A DNA stretch of 64,000 bases from an uncultured delta proteobacterium (GTDB lineage: Bacteria; Desulfobacterota; Binatia; UBA9968), in the NCBI GenBank assembly GCA_963745035.1, contig CAVUVW010000008.1:25227-89226 (forward strand), read 5' to 3'. The position numbers were made by a program, and so were the translations under genes. The notes under the pieces are model-generated. The model had not been told where the DNA came from and made no database searches. It was given only the letters and a program-made list of their open reading frames with translations. Positions 1 to 9,983 of this stretch are shown here, piece by piece. Within the stretch, counting starts at the first letter, position 1; every line of letters starts with the position of its first letter.

Positions 1-2
1 CG

Positions 3-726
3 GAAACCATTACCTACCAGGGGCACAAAGGCGACACGATCAACGCATATATTGCCCGCCCCCTGGGCGCCGGCCCCTTTCCCGCGATGGTGACGATTCA
101 CCATGCGCCCGGTTGGGACGAATGGTATCGCGAATGCACCCGCAAGTTCGCCCACCACGGCTATGTGACGATATCGCCCAATCTCTATTTCCGCGACGGC
201 CACGGCACGGCGGAAGACGTCGGCGCCAAAGTGCGCGCGGGCGGCGGCATTCCGGATGAGCAAGTCCTTGGCGACCTCGACGGCGCCAACAAACTGCTGC
301 GCTCCCTGCCCTACGTCAGCGGCAAGGTCGGCGTGTTCGGGACCTGCTCGGGAGGGCGGCACGGCTTTCTTGCCGCATGCCGGTCGAAGAACTTCGACGC
401 GCTGGTGGAATGCTGGGGCGGCCGCGTGGTGATGTCGAAAGAGGAGCTCACGCCCAAGCAGCCGGTAGCGCCGATCGATTACACCAAGGACCTTTCTTGT
501 CCCATGATCGGTATCTTCGGCAACGACGACAAATCGCCGTCGCCGGAGCAGGTCAATCAGCACGAGGCTGAGCTGAAGAAACACGGCAAGAATTATGAAT
601 TTCACCGCTACGACGGCGCCGGTCACGGATTTTTCTATTACGACCGGGCGGCCTACCGCCAGGAACAGGCGGTCGACGGCTGGAAGAAAGTGCTCGCCTT
701 CTGCGAGAAAAATCTTAAAATCGTAA
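3..726 (+). CDS. Dienelactone hydrolase family protein (5' end outside window)
   Basis: Open frame from position 3 (ETITYQGHKGDTINAYIARP...), G-T-C-S-G-G nucleophile motif, YDGAGHGF His motif. Likely true end NLKS* at ~726 if one A of the A-run at ~717-720 is spurious; ORF track reads through to 851. Confidence 0.85.
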
Positions 727-744
727 GAGGAGGCGACAAGGACT

Positions 745-1035
745 ATGTGCACAATGATTGCTCATCAAGCCAAGATCGAAGGTCGCGGAAAAAGCGGCCA
801 GGACTGGTTCGAAGTGCGCGAAGCCAACGTGTCTTACGATCATCCTTATGATCTGCCGCTCGAGCACGCGCTCAATATCGACTTCGTCAACGAAGCGGCA
901 GGTCCAGGCGCGCGAGTGGCGGTCGAGCTAAGCATCGACGCGGCCCGCAAGTTGGTCCAGACGATTGAAGCCGTTCTGGCGCAGGCCGAGCAGCGGGGCG
1001 TGGCGGAAGATCTGCCGCAGGCGGCGTCCCGTTAG
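745..1035 (+). CDS. DUF6295-like small protein
   Basis: MCTMI...GRGK...WF...VSYDHP...EHALNIDFVN...GPGARVAVELS pattern; RBS GAGGAGG upstream. Confidence 0.7.
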   Translation: MCTMIAHQAKIEGRGKSGQDWFEVREANVSYDHPYDLPLEHALNIDFVNEAAGPGARVAVELSIDAARKLVQTIEAVLAQAEQRGVAEDLPQAASR

Positions 1036-1045
1036 GACAACCATC

Positions 1046-1080
1046 GCGAGGCGGATGATGCGAACTCGTCCGCCTCGCTT
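1046..1080 (+). terminator. Stem-loop after DUF6295-like gene
   Basis: GCGAGGCGGATGA-loop-TCGTCCGCCTCGC followed by a pyrimidine run. Confidence 0.5.
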
Positions 1081-1149
1081 CCCTTCGCATTTCTCCCTCA
1101 CTCACGCTATAACTGAAACCTCAAATCTCGATCGCCGTGCTTCACCTCG

Positions 1150-2403
1150 TTGGCTAACTCCGAAGGAATAGATCCAAGTCCGGATCCGCAACCCCCCATC
1201 CGTCCCTGGTCGTCGCTGCTGATTCGCGATTACCGGCTGCTCTGGATCGCCAGCGTTTTAAGCTCGCTCGCCGGCCAGATTCGCAACATCGCCACGCTTT
1301 ACCAAGTTTACGATATCTCCGGTTCCGCCTTTAAGCTCGGGCTCACCGGATTTCTGGAAACTTTGCCGTTTATTCTTTTCGGCTTGTTTGCCGGCGCGGT
1401 GGCCGATGCCTTCGATCGCAAGAAATTGCTCATCGCGACGATCTCGCTGCAGATCGTACCCAATATGCTGCTCGGCATACTGACCTTCACCGGCGCCATC
1501 CAAGTCTGGCATATCTACACACTCGGACTTCTCGGCGCGTTCGTGGAAGTTTTCAATTGGCCCGCTCGCTCCGCGCTCATACCGCGCCTCGTGCCGGCGC
1601 CGTTGCTCATGAATGCCATGGTGGTGAACACCATGATTCTACAAACCAGCTTTCTCGTCGGTCCGGCGATCGGCGGATTCTTGATCGATCGAGGCGGGCT
1701 GGCGATCGCGTATCTTTTCAGCACCTTGCTGTTCGTGCCGGCGGTGTTTGCAATCCTGTCGCTGCGCACATCGGGCAAAATCGAAGGACCGCGGCGGAAG
1801 GTAAACCTTCGAAGCATCGTCGAAGGCATCGAGTTCATCTGGATACAGCGCATCATCCTTTCCCTCTTTCTTCTCGACTTCGCGGTAGTCCTGGTGGGCT
1901 TTTACCGTCCGATATTGCCGATCTTCGCCGCGGATGTCTTTCAAACCGGCGCCTCCGGGCTCGGGTTGCTCTACGCCGCGCCGTCCGCCGGCTCGTTGCT
2001 GGGCTCGACGGTGTTATTGATGGCCGGCGACGTACCTCGGAAAGGCGTGCTCGTCATCGTTGCCGCCTTGTGCTTTGCAGGCTCGCTCGCTTTACTCGGT
2101 ATCTCGCAATGGTTTTGGATGGCGGTCGTGGCGGTGCTGATTCTCGGCTTTACCGATTCGATCAGTGTCGCGATTCGCCGCACGGTGGTGCAGCTTCTCG
2201 CTCCCGACGGTATGCTCGGACGAGCGGCGAGTTTGATTACAGTGTTCGCTCAGACGACCAATGGCTTGGGCGCGCTTCTCGCCGGCATCGCCGCCGAGTA
2301 TTTGGGCGCGCCCAATGCGCTGTTGATCGGCAGCGGTCTTTGTTTCTTGATGATCTTCGGCATCTGCATCGCCATCCCGCAGCTCTGGCGTTATCGGTCT
2401 TAA
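1150..2403 (+). CDS. MFS transporter (EntS/DHA3-like)
   Basis: 417 aa, ~12 hydrophobic segments, GAVADAFDRKKL motif A. Confidence 0.85.
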   Translation: MANSEGIDPSPDPQPPIRPWSSLLIRDYRLLWIASVLSSLAGQIRNIATLYQVYDISGSAFKLGLTGFLETLPFILFGLFAGAVADAFDRKKLLIATISLQIVPNMLLGILTFTGAIQVWHIYTLGLLGAFVEVFNWPARSALIPRLVPAPLLMNAMVVNTMILQTSFLVGPAIGGFLIDRGGLAIAYLFSTLLFVPAVFAILSLRTSGKIEGPRRKVNLRSIVEGIEFIWIQRIILSLFLLDFAVVLVGFYRPILPIFAADVFQTGASGLGLLYAAPSAGSLLGSTVLLMAGDVPRKGVLVIVAALCFAGSLALLGISQWFWMAVVAVLILGFTDSISVAIRRTVVQLLAPDGMLGRAASLITVFAQTTNGLGALLAGIAAEYLGAPNALLIGSGLCFLMIFGICIAIPQLWRYRS

Positions 2404-2412
2404 TGGAAGGAC

Positions 2413-2505
2413 GTTCAAAAAGTTCAAGCCGTTCAAATCGTTCAAAACGTCCGAACCGCCTTATCAGACGGCTTGAACGATTTGAACTGCTTGAACGGCT
2501 TGAAC
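2413..2505. repeat. Inverted periodic repeat: 4x GTTCAA (9-nt period), spacer, 4x TTGAAC (9-nt period)
   Basis: GTTCAA at 2413/2422/2431/2440 and TTGAAC at 2473/2482/2491/2500, between convergent genes. Confidence 0.9.
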
Positions 2506-2523
2506 GAGTGACCCGAAAAGAGG

Positions 2524-4134
2524 TTATCTGACTTTGACTCTGCCTGCCTTTAGCTTCTCGCCGACTTCGAAGTGGCGGCCTTGCACGGCCAGCTCGGCTT
2601 CGTGGTCGAGCTCTTCGCTCCATTGGCCGAGCGAATAGCCGAACCAGGGCATCTGCGGCCGGAGCTTGGGTAGCTCGAGCTCTTCCCAAATCTTGCGCGC
2701 ATTTTCCATGAATTCCCGCTTGGGCAGCGATACCGGCGGGAACGGCTCCTTGAGAATAGCGTTGCAGAGCATCGCCGACTCGTCCGCCGGCAAGTGATAC
2801 GAAACGACGTCGGTGCCTTTGGTCTCGTGCTCGTAGAGAAACGGCGGAGCGTGGCCCTTTTCCATGCCGCCGACGATGTGCACGTCCTTGTGCGGCTTCA
2901 TGCGGTAGCACATCGCCCAGAAAACCGCCGCCTCGTTGGACGGATCGATGTCTTCGTCGACCGCGACGACGATCTTGCCGACACCAGGATGAAACGAGCA
3001 CGCGGCGTGCAGCGCGCGCCACACTTCCGCTTCGTTGGGCCGGCGCATCTGAATGATCACAAGCTTATACGTGTTCGTCAGCGGCTCGTGCATTTCAACC
3101 CGCAGCACGCTGGTGATGCGGCACTCGTCGCGCAGATGCACGAGCATCAAGCGGTCGTAGCCGATTTTGCGGATGACCGACGACTCGCTCGGCGTAAGCT
3201 GGCTCAGCCATGAGGTGTAGATCGCGTCTTTGCGGTGCGTGATCGCGGTCACGTCCATGAACGGATTCAACTGCCGCGGGTGCATGTAGCCGTGCGACTC
3301 GCCGAACGGCCCTTCCGGCTCGATGTATTCCGTGTTGAGATAGCCTTCGACGACAATCTCGGCGTCCGCCGGCACCATCACGTCGATGGTCTTGCATTTG
3401 ACCATCGGGATCGGCTCGCCGGCCAGGCCGCCGGCGACTCCCATCTCGTCCACGCCGTAGGGAATTTTTTGCACCGAAACATAGGAAACGATCGGCGGCG
3501 CGCCGATGACCAGTGCCGCGGGCAGATGCTTGCCCTTTTCCTGCGCTTTCTTCCAGTGCAGAAAAATGTCCTGGCCCAAGCCGGACGGAAACACGCCGAC
3601 CCGACGACGCGCTTTGATCTCGCCGCGGTAGTTGCCGATGTTCTGAATGCCGGTGTCCATGTCCGCCGTGATCCAGTGCGAACAGGTCGTATACGGACCG
3701 TTGTCGAATCCCGGCGTGGAGATCGGCACGGGAAAGCGGTCGAGGCCGTTGCCTTCCTTGTCCAGCTCGTCACCGAGAATGACGACGTCCTGGCATTTCG
3801 CCTTCGTAACAGTGATGGGATTGACCGGCTCCGCCAACGCCTTCTTCCAGCGCGCGTCCATCTCTTCGGCGCTATTGCAGCCCATGCCGAGATAATAAAT
3901 CTCCGGCTTTCCGGCCAACGCGCCGACGACCACGGGCATGTTGTACCGGCGTCCTTTGGCGTCAGTCACATTTTCGAAGAGCCATGCCTTACGATCCTCT
4001 TCGGACAAGCCGCGGTACTGCCAGCGCACTAAAGGGTGAAGTTCCGTGTCTTTGTTGATCAGGCGCGTGACCCTGCGCAAAAGGCCGTGCTCTTCCAAAT
4101 TTTTTAAATGCTGATGCAGATCGAAATAAGGCAT
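2524..4134 (-). CDS. UbiD family (prFMN-dependent) decarboxylase
   Basis: 536 aa; N-terminal DL..HL..LEE.GLL, NIGNYR, EGPFGESHGY, VVAVDEDIDP motifs. Confidence 0.9.
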   Translation of the reverse strand: MPYFDLHQHLKNLEEHGLLRRVTRLINKDTELHPLVRWQYRGLSEEDRKAWLFENVTDAKGRRYNMPVVVGALAGKPEIYYLGMGCNSAEEMDARWKKALAEPVNPITVTKAKCQDVVILGDELDKEGNGLDRFPVPISTPGFDNGPYTTCSHWITADMDTGIQNIGNYRGEIKARRRVGVFPSGLGQDIFLHWKKAQEKGKHLPAALVIGAPPIVSYVSVQKIPYGVDEMGVAGGLAGEPIPMVKCKTIDVMVPADAEIVVEGYLNTEYIEPEGPFGESHGYMHPRQLNPFMDVTAITHRKDAIYTSWLSQLTPSESSVIRKIGYDRLMLVHLRDECRITSVLRVEMHEPLTNTYKLVIIQMRRPNEAEVWRALHAACSFHPGVGKIVVAVDEDIDPSNEAAVFWAMCYRMKPHKDVHIVGGMEKGHAPPFLYEHETKGTDVVSYHLPADESAMLCNAILKEPFPPVSLPKREFMENARKIWEELELPKLRPQMPWFGYSLGQWSEELDHEAELAVQGRHFEVGEKLKAGRVKVR

Positions 4135-4233
4135 ATGTAAAATTCTCCTCTATTCCTTCAAACAATCAGGGGAAAATATCCGATCTGCCTGGTACCGTCA
4201 ACACAACGGAGAACTGGAACGATGCCAAAATAC

Positions 4234-4262
4234 GTAGGGGCGACCGGCCGGTGGCCCCCTAC
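4234..4262. repeat. GTAG-type REP-like palindrome
   Basis: GTAGGGGCGACCGGCCGGTGGCCCCCTAC; related copy at 37853-37881. Confidence 0.7.
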
Positions 4263-4297
4263 AAAGAAAACACGAGATTGGGTTCGCGGCAGAATGC

Positions 4298-5311
4298 CTA
4301 ATACAGGCTGCGGAAAAAACCACTGTCTTCGAATCGTTTACAGTAGGACATGTCGGCAACTTCTTCCGGTTTGATCTGCGCGGCTTTCGCATTGAGCCCG
4401 TGCTGCGCCATCAACTTGAGCATGGCCACGATACCTTCTAACGACGGGCACGGCTGCTTCGGCATTGCCGCAACCAACTGCTGATAGGCCTTTTCGACCC
4501 GTTCGCCTTTATCCAAGCGCAGGTTCCGCGCCAGGCTCCTAACGACGATTTCCTTGTTTGCCGGCTTGTGAATGAAAGCCGTACCTTCGACCGTCGCCTT
4601 CGCGACGTTTTCGACGAGCTGCGGATTGGTTTTGATCAAACTACGCGGCACCACGAGGCCCGATGACTGAAACTGAACGTTTTCCTTTCCCAGATCGACC
4701 ATCACCCGGTAATTTTCACTCACCACCACTTGGCCGAACTCGGGCGACAAACTCGTCGCTTCGACGCTGCCGGAGCGCAACGCACCCATCCGCTCCGGTA
4801 CGCCGCCGACGAATAACAAGACGATATTGTCGCGCCGCGGCACCAGACCAAGATGGTCGAGAGCCACGTAGGTTGCCAGCGACGCGGAACCGGCGGGCGT
4901 GCCTATCGCGACTTTTTTGCCTTTCAAATCTTCCGCGCTTTTGATCGTCGGCTTGGCGACGAAAATATAATCGAGCCGGTTCTCCAGCCCGAGAATCATC
5001 GTAAAGTCGCCGCCCGCGGTATTGGCATTGGTCACGTGCGTGCCACCGACCAAGCCCACCGGCACCTGCCCCGCCAACATCGCCTGCATCGCCCGCCCGG
5101 CGATGATGAAAACCAAATCGACGTCCAGGCCGTACTTCTTGAAAATTCCCTGCTCCTTCGCGATCCACAGCGGCGCCACGTTATTGCTAATCGCGCCGTG
5201 CGCGATCAGCAGCTTCGATGGCTCCGCTGCGAAGGCGGTCATCGCGGTGAAAAGACATGCAGCCACAGCGGTGGCTCGTATGGCGTTGTTTACTGATCGG
5301 CGATTTAGCAT
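4298..5311 (-). CDS. ABC substrate-binding protein, SsuA/NMT1-like
   Basis: Signal peptide (..TAFAAE), PLWIAKEQGIFKKYGLDVDL, DLKGKKVAI motifs. Confidence 0.85.
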   Translation of the reverse strand: MLNRRSVNNAIRATAVAACLFTAMTAFAAEPSKLLIAHGAISNNVAPLWIAKEQGIFKKYGLDVDLVFIIAGRAMQAMLAGQVPVGLVGGTHVTNANTAGGDFTMILGLENRLDYIFVAKPTIKSAEDLKGKKVAIGTPAGSASLATYVALDHLGLVPRRDNIVLLFVGGVPERMGALRSGSVEATSLSPEFGQVVVSENYRVMVDLGKENVQFQSSGLVVPRSLIKTNPQLVENVAKATVEGTAFIHKPANKEIVVRSLARNLRLDKGERVEKAYQQLVAAMPKQPCPSLEGIVAMLKLMAQHGLNAKAAQIKPEEVADMSYCKRFEDSGFFRSLY

Positions 5312-5369
5312 TTAATTGTGTCTTTATTTTTTGGGAATGAAATATCTCAGCTCTAGGGCAACAAAAATT

Positions 5370-5446
5370 CGTCATGCCGACGAACGCCGGCATCCAGGTT
5401 CGCTTTCGCTTAAAAACCCTAAATTCCGGCTTACGCCGGAATAACG
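5370..5446. repeat. Palindromic REP/RPE-like element (GTCATGCCG...CCGGAATAAC)
   Basis: Two-hairpin element; related copies at 39081-39166 and 29123-29204. Confidence 0.7.
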
Positions 5447-5507
5447 GAACTGTGCGTCCACTTCCCGTCGGAACCGCGCTTGCAACGGACCATCACTGGC
5501 TTCTGCC

Positions 5508-5873
5508 TTACGACTTCCACCCATGCACCGTCACATCGACGAGTTGCCCGACGGGATCGTGCACGCCCATCTCGGCGAATCGGCCGTCGCGCGGCTTCTT
5601 GTCCGCTTCGCTTTTAGCGCCGGAAGCTTGCGCGTTGTTCAGAGTCTCTTCCATGTTCTCGACCTGAAAGCCAAAGTGATCGATCCCTTCGCGCCCGCCG
5701 CGCGCGGGCAAGACCGCCATGTTGATGTAGCCGTCGGTGAGATAGATCGCGCGATTGCCGTCATCGCGCACCGGGCCGCGCCATGCTTCGGTCATGCCGA
5801 AAGTTTTCTTGTAAAACTCGGCGGTCTTTTCCTGATCTTCCACCTTGATCGCAATATGCCTGATCTTTGCCAT
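5508..5873 (-). CDS. VOC/glyoxalase family protein
   Basis: IRHIAI..., YLTDGYIN, GIDHFGFQVE, DPVGQLVDV. Confidence 0.85.
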   Translation of the reverse strand: MAKIRHIAIKVEDQEKTAEFYKKTFGMTEAWRGPVRDDGNRAIYLTDGYINMAVLPARGGREGIDHFGFQVENMEETLNNAQASGAKSEADKKPRDGRFAEMGVHDPVGQLVDVTVHGWKS

Positions 5874-5888
5874 ACGCCATTCCTCCTT

Positions 5889-6864
5889 TTATTGTTTATA
5901 CAGTTTGTCGATGAAACCGCTCTTTTTGATCTCGTCGAGGATGCTGTTGTTGATATAACCGGGCGGGATCTGCCCGCCGGGAATGTTCATCATCTCCAAC
6001 TCAGTGCGCAATGCGTCTTCGTCGGCGTAGGGAACTTGCCGGATCAAAGAACGCAGGTCATCGCACCACAAGGTGATATGCTCTTCGCTGACCCCGCGCA
6101 TGTATTTTCCCAAGATGCGAGCCGTGCCGGCTTTGTTGGTCTGGAAAAAATGGACCGTCTCGAGATAGGCCTGCATGAAGCGCACGACCGCGCCGCGGTC
6201 TGCTTTGATCTTGCGGTCGGTGGTCGTGAGCGGCGCGTCGGTGCCGCGAAAACCCATCTCGCGCGCGCTGCCGCCCTTCAACGGCTTGGCTCTGCCGCGG
6301 AAAACCAGCAACAAACCCGAATCGCCCAGCACTCCAACCTCGATGCGGCCCGACTCCAGTCCCTGCGCCACGCCGGGCGTGCCGCCCATTTGCAAAATGG
6401 TCACTTCGGATTCTTTGATGCCGTGCTTGCGCGAGCGCGCCGCGCAAAAATGTATCGCCGCCCGAGCCGTACTGGGTGACGCCGATGATTTTGCCTTTGA
6501 GTTCCATGAAACTGTTCAACTTAGAATCCGGCCGAATGAAGACGCGCTGCGCCGATGAATTGGCCAGAGTCGAGAGTACCGTGACGTCGGCGCCTTGGGC
6601 GCGCGCGCGAAGCGAAGCCGGCGCCCCGGCCGCGACGTAATCGAGATCGCCGGCGATCAGCGCCTGGATCGTGCGCGGCGTTCCTGGAATCAAGAGGACT
6701 TCCGCCGTAAAGCCGTATTTGGCGAGAATTCCTGAATCCTTTGCCAGATGCAGCATGCCTTGGCTGGGATTCACCGCCACGTGGGCGAGCATCAGTTTCT
6801 GGGCCAAAACCGGTGCCGCCAAAACGATCAAAAGGAAAACGAGAATCGCGCGCAGTGTAATCAT
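5889..6864 (-). CDS. ABC substrate-binding protein, SsuA/NMT1-like (one frameshift ~6432)
   Basis: N-half in ORF 6058..6918 (signal peptide, ELKGKIIGVT); C-half in ORF 5889..6404; joined by removing one base (LRGAL-RKHGIKESEVTILQ). Confidence 0.8.
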
Positions 6865-7011
6865 ATTTCGCCTTGTCATTCCTTTACTTGCACGGCCGTT
6901 TCCTGTCAACGGGACCACCGATGGGCATGATCGCGATGGTGGAATTCAACTTGCCAACGGAACTCATATGGCGTAGCAATTAGCTACACTACGACCCAAA
7001 TTCGAAGGAGG

Positions 7012-7488
7012 ATGATTATGTCGCTACACTGCAAGAGCAACGAAGTTCCGGAATACAACCGAGTTCAAAGCGGTGAAGCCGGCACCGGAGCGATGACTGT
7101 GCGCAAGGGCTACGGCAACGAGTGCAGCCTGATGATTGCAACTCGAAGGCCCGGTTATCACACCAAACCGCACCAGCACGAATCCGAGCAGATCAACTAC
7201 GTGCTCGACGGCGAAATCTGGTTCTTCGTCAAAGACAAAGGCTATCTCTGCAAGAAGGGCGATTTCCATCGCATCCCTGCCAACACCGTGCATTGGGCGT
7301 TCAACCGTTCCGACAAAGACGCCACGGTCGCCGAAGCTCATTCACCGGGACTGATCGGCGGCCGCGCCGGAGACAGCGCCGCGGCGCTCTTCGATGACGG
7401 CGAGAAACCGGAGATACGCGGCCCGGGCACCAATCAATTTGTCCCCTACGATCAGGAAAAGGCCGAAGCCGCGTACTTTAACAAGTAA
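7012..7488 (+). CDS. Cupin domain protein
   Basis: PHQHESEQINYVLDGEIWF and IPANTVH cupin motifs; RBS AAGGAGG. Confidence 0.85.
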   Translation: MIMSLHCKSNEVPEYNRVQSGEAGTGAMTVRKGYGNECSLMIATRRPGYHTKPHQHESEQINYVLDGEIWFFVKDKGYLCKKGDFHRIPANTVHWAFNRSDKDATVAEAHSPGLIGGRAGDSAAALFDDGEKPEIRGPGTNQFVPYDQEKAEAAYFNK

Positions 7489-7493
7489 CGGGT

Positions 7494-8468
7494 ATGACCC
7501 AAAGACATTTGCGGGGCGTGTGTCTCCTATTTGCCCTGTTAGCCCCATATTCCGTTGCGCCGGCACAGGACCTCCGGCGCATCCACTACGGCACCACGTC
7601 TTCGACCGCTCACCTACCGATTTGGGTAGCGAAGGATGCCGGATATTTTGCGAAGAGCGGTCTCAACGTCGAGCCGGTAAATATTCGCGGCGGCGCGTTG
7701 ATTACCATGGGGATCATGAGCGGCCAATTGCAATTTTCCGGCGCCGGCGCCGAATCGGCCGTCGCAGCGCGCGTCGAAGGCGGCGACGTGGTCTTGCTGG
7801 CATGTCCGGTCGATTCCGATCCGGTTTATTTCATCACGCGGCCGGAGATAAAGTCAGCGGCCGAGCTCAAAGGCAAAGCGACGGCGGTCACCCGCCTCGG
7901 CTCGACGACGCATTTTTACCTGCGCGCCGCCGCGCGCCACGTCGGCCTCGACCCGGAAAAAGACCTTACGATCCTTCAACTGGGCACGGGTACTGAAACG
8001 GTGGCGGCGCTGGAGAATGGCCGCATCGCGGCGGCGGCGATTACGCACCGCTACGCTCTGCCCTTCTTGCAGCGCGGCTGGCCTTTGCTTGTCGACCTGA
8101 GCACGACAGACCTGGTTTATCCGTCCTCGTGCGTTGCCAGCAGCCGCGCGTTCGTCAAGGCGGAATCGAAACTTGTCGAAGACTTCCTGCGTGCTTATGT
8201 CGCCGGCCTGCAACTGATAAAAAAGGATGCGAACTTTGCGGAGAAATCTTTTGCCAAATGGCTGCGCGAGCGAGACCCTTACCTGATCAAGAAAACCGTA
8301 GAAGCCTACAGCAAAATATTTAAACCGCTGCCGAACGTGCCGGACAAGGGCATCGAGAACGTTTTGAAAGATTTGGCCAACCGCCGAACGGTGTCAAAGG
8401 AATTTCTCAATCGGCCCGACTTATTTCGTGACAATGGCCCGCTGGAGCGCGCTCTGTCGAAATCATGA
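7494..8468 (+). CDS. ABC substrate-binding protein, SsuA/NMT1-like
   Basis: Signal peptide, LPIWVAKDAGYFAKSGLNVE, ELKGK motifs. Confidence 0.85.
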   Translation: MTQRHLRGVCLLFALLAPYSVAPAQDLRRIHYGTTSSTAHLPIWVAKDAGYFAKSGLNVEPVNIRGGALITMGIMSGQLQFSGAGAESAVAARVEGGDVVLLACPVDSDPVYFITRPEIKSAAELKGKATAVTRLGSTTHFYLRAAARHVGLDPEKDLTILQLGTGTETVAALENGRIAAAAITHRYALPFLQRGWPLLVDLSTTDLVYPSSCVASSRAFVKAESKLVEDFLRAYVAGLQLIKKDANFAEKSFAKWLRERDPYLIKKTVEAYSKIFKPLPNVPDKGIENVLKDLANRRTVSKEFLNRPDLFRDNGPLERALSKS

Positions 8469-9442
8469 GCCGATTTTTTGCTCGCCAATTTGTGCTTCTC
8501 GTCATCAGCTTTATTTTGGTCACGGAAGCGTTAAGCGCGGCCGAACTGAAGCAGATTCTTTACGGCACCACGGCATCGCCTTCGCATCTGCCGGTATGGG
8601 TGGCTAAAGATGCCGGCCTGTTTGAAAAAAACGGATTGAACGTCGAGCCGGTGCAAATTCGCGGCGGCTCGTTGATCACCTTGGCGATCATCACCGGCGA
8701 TTTGCCATTCTCCGGCGCCGGCGCCGAGTCGGTCGTCGCGGCTCGGGCGGCCGGCGGCGATGTCATTCTGCTTGCGTGTCCCGTGAATGCCGATCCGGTC
8801 TACCTGATTACCCGTCCTGAAATAAAATCCGCGCAAGACTTGAAAGGTCAGGCCAGCGCCGTCACACGCTACGGGTCAACGACCCATTTTTATTTGCGGG
8901 CTGCGCTAAAGCATGTCGGGCTGAATCCGGACAAGGACATGACGATTCTCCAGCTCGGCGCCGGGCCGGAAATGGTCGTCGCACTTGACCGCGGCGCCAT
9001 CGCCGCCGCCGCGCTCACGACACGCTACGCCATACCTTTCTTGCAGCGCGGTTGGCCGGTATTGGTCGACCTCAGCAGTACCGACCTGGTGTATCCGTCC
9101 TCGTGCGTCACCAGCAGCCGCGCCTTCATACGCGCAGAACCTAAAACAACGCACGAGTTCCTGCGCGCCTACGTGGCCGGAATCCACTTGATCAAGAAAG
9201 ATCAGAGATTTGCGGAGAAATCATTCGCTAAATGGATGAGAGAAAAAGACTCGGCCACCGTCAAAAAGACGGTCGAAGCTTACGCCAGATTATTCAAATC
9301 AGCCCCGGTCGTTCCGGACAAGGGCATTGAGAATGTCATTCTAGACCTGGTCAAAGCCCGCCCGGACTTCAAGGAATACATCGGCTGGCCCGAGCCGTTC
9401 AGAGAGAACGGCCCGCTCGAAAAAGTGTTGAAGGAAAGATGA
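8465..9442 (+). CDS. ABC substrate-binding protein, tandem paralog of 7494..8468
   Basis: ATGA overlap; long shared peptides (PFLQRGWP.LVDLS.TDLVYPSSCV.SSRAF). Confidence 0.85.
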   Translation: MSRFFARQFVLLVISFILVTEALSAAELKQILYGTTASPSHLPVWVAKDAGLFEKNGLNVEPVQIRGGSLITLAIITGDLPFSGAGAESVVAARAAGGDVILLACPVNADPVYLITRPEIKSAQDLKGQASAVTRYGSTTHFYLRAALKHVGLNPDKDMTILQLGAGPEMVVALDRGAIAAAALTTRYAIPFLQRGWPVLVDLSSTDLVYPSSCVTSSRAFIRAEPKTTHEFLRAYVAGIHLIKKDQRFAEKSFAKWMREKDSATVKKTVEAYARLFKSAPVVPDKGIENVILDLVKARPDFKEYIGWPEPFRENGPLEKVLKER

Positions 9443-9449
9443 AGAAAGG

Positions 9450-9540
9450 TTGGAGTACTGGAGTGGTGGAGTATTGGAGCAATGGGATCGAATCAGGCCA
9501 ACACTCCAGTACTCCATAACATCCATCACTCCAATCTCCA
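9450..9540. repeat. Inverted periodic repeat, TGGAG units (8-nt period) / CTCCA units
   Basis: TGGAG at 9451/9459/9467/9475, then ACTCCA-type units; related copies at 10805-10882 and ~21595-21629. Confidence 0.85.
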
Positions 9541-9544
9541 GGCT

Positions 9545-9916
9545 TTATTGTTTCCACTCCAAAAACTCAAGCCGCACCCCTTGCGGGCCCTCGAAGAAAC
9601 AAACCCGGCGACCGTCCGGAAGAACGCGCTCCTCGAGGATCTTGATCCCTGCCGATTTGATCTTGTTGACTTCGCCGTCGAAGTTGTTCGTGTCGATGGC
9701 CACGTGCTCGAGGCCGTAGAACTGCTCGAGCTTCTGCTCTTCCAGAAAATCGGTAACGTTGAGCTCCACCCCATGAAGACTCAGGCGAAATGTCTTCTTG
9801 CCGCTCGGCGACGTGCGCTCCGAAACAATCTTTGCGCCGGCGTACTCCAGATAAAAGTCCACCGTCTTTTTTGGATCCGGCGTCTTTAGATGAAGATGGT
9901 TCATTCTAAAAGCCAT
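9545..9916 (-). CDS. VOC/glyoxalase family protein
   Basis: MNHLHLKTPD, GLEHVAI, FFEGPQGVRLEFLE. Confidence 0.85.
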   Translation of the reverse strand: MAFRMNHLHLKTPDPKKTVDFYLEYAGAKIVSERTSPSGKKTFRLSLHGVELNVTDFLEEQKLEQFYGLEHVAIDTNNFDGEVNKIKSAGIKILEERVLPDGRRVCFFEGPQGVRLEFLEWKQ

Positions 9917-9983
9917 AAATGCCTCCTTGTTGAAAAGACCGATTTCGCCCTTTTAACCCTCAGTGACAGGTGATTGCAATTGA

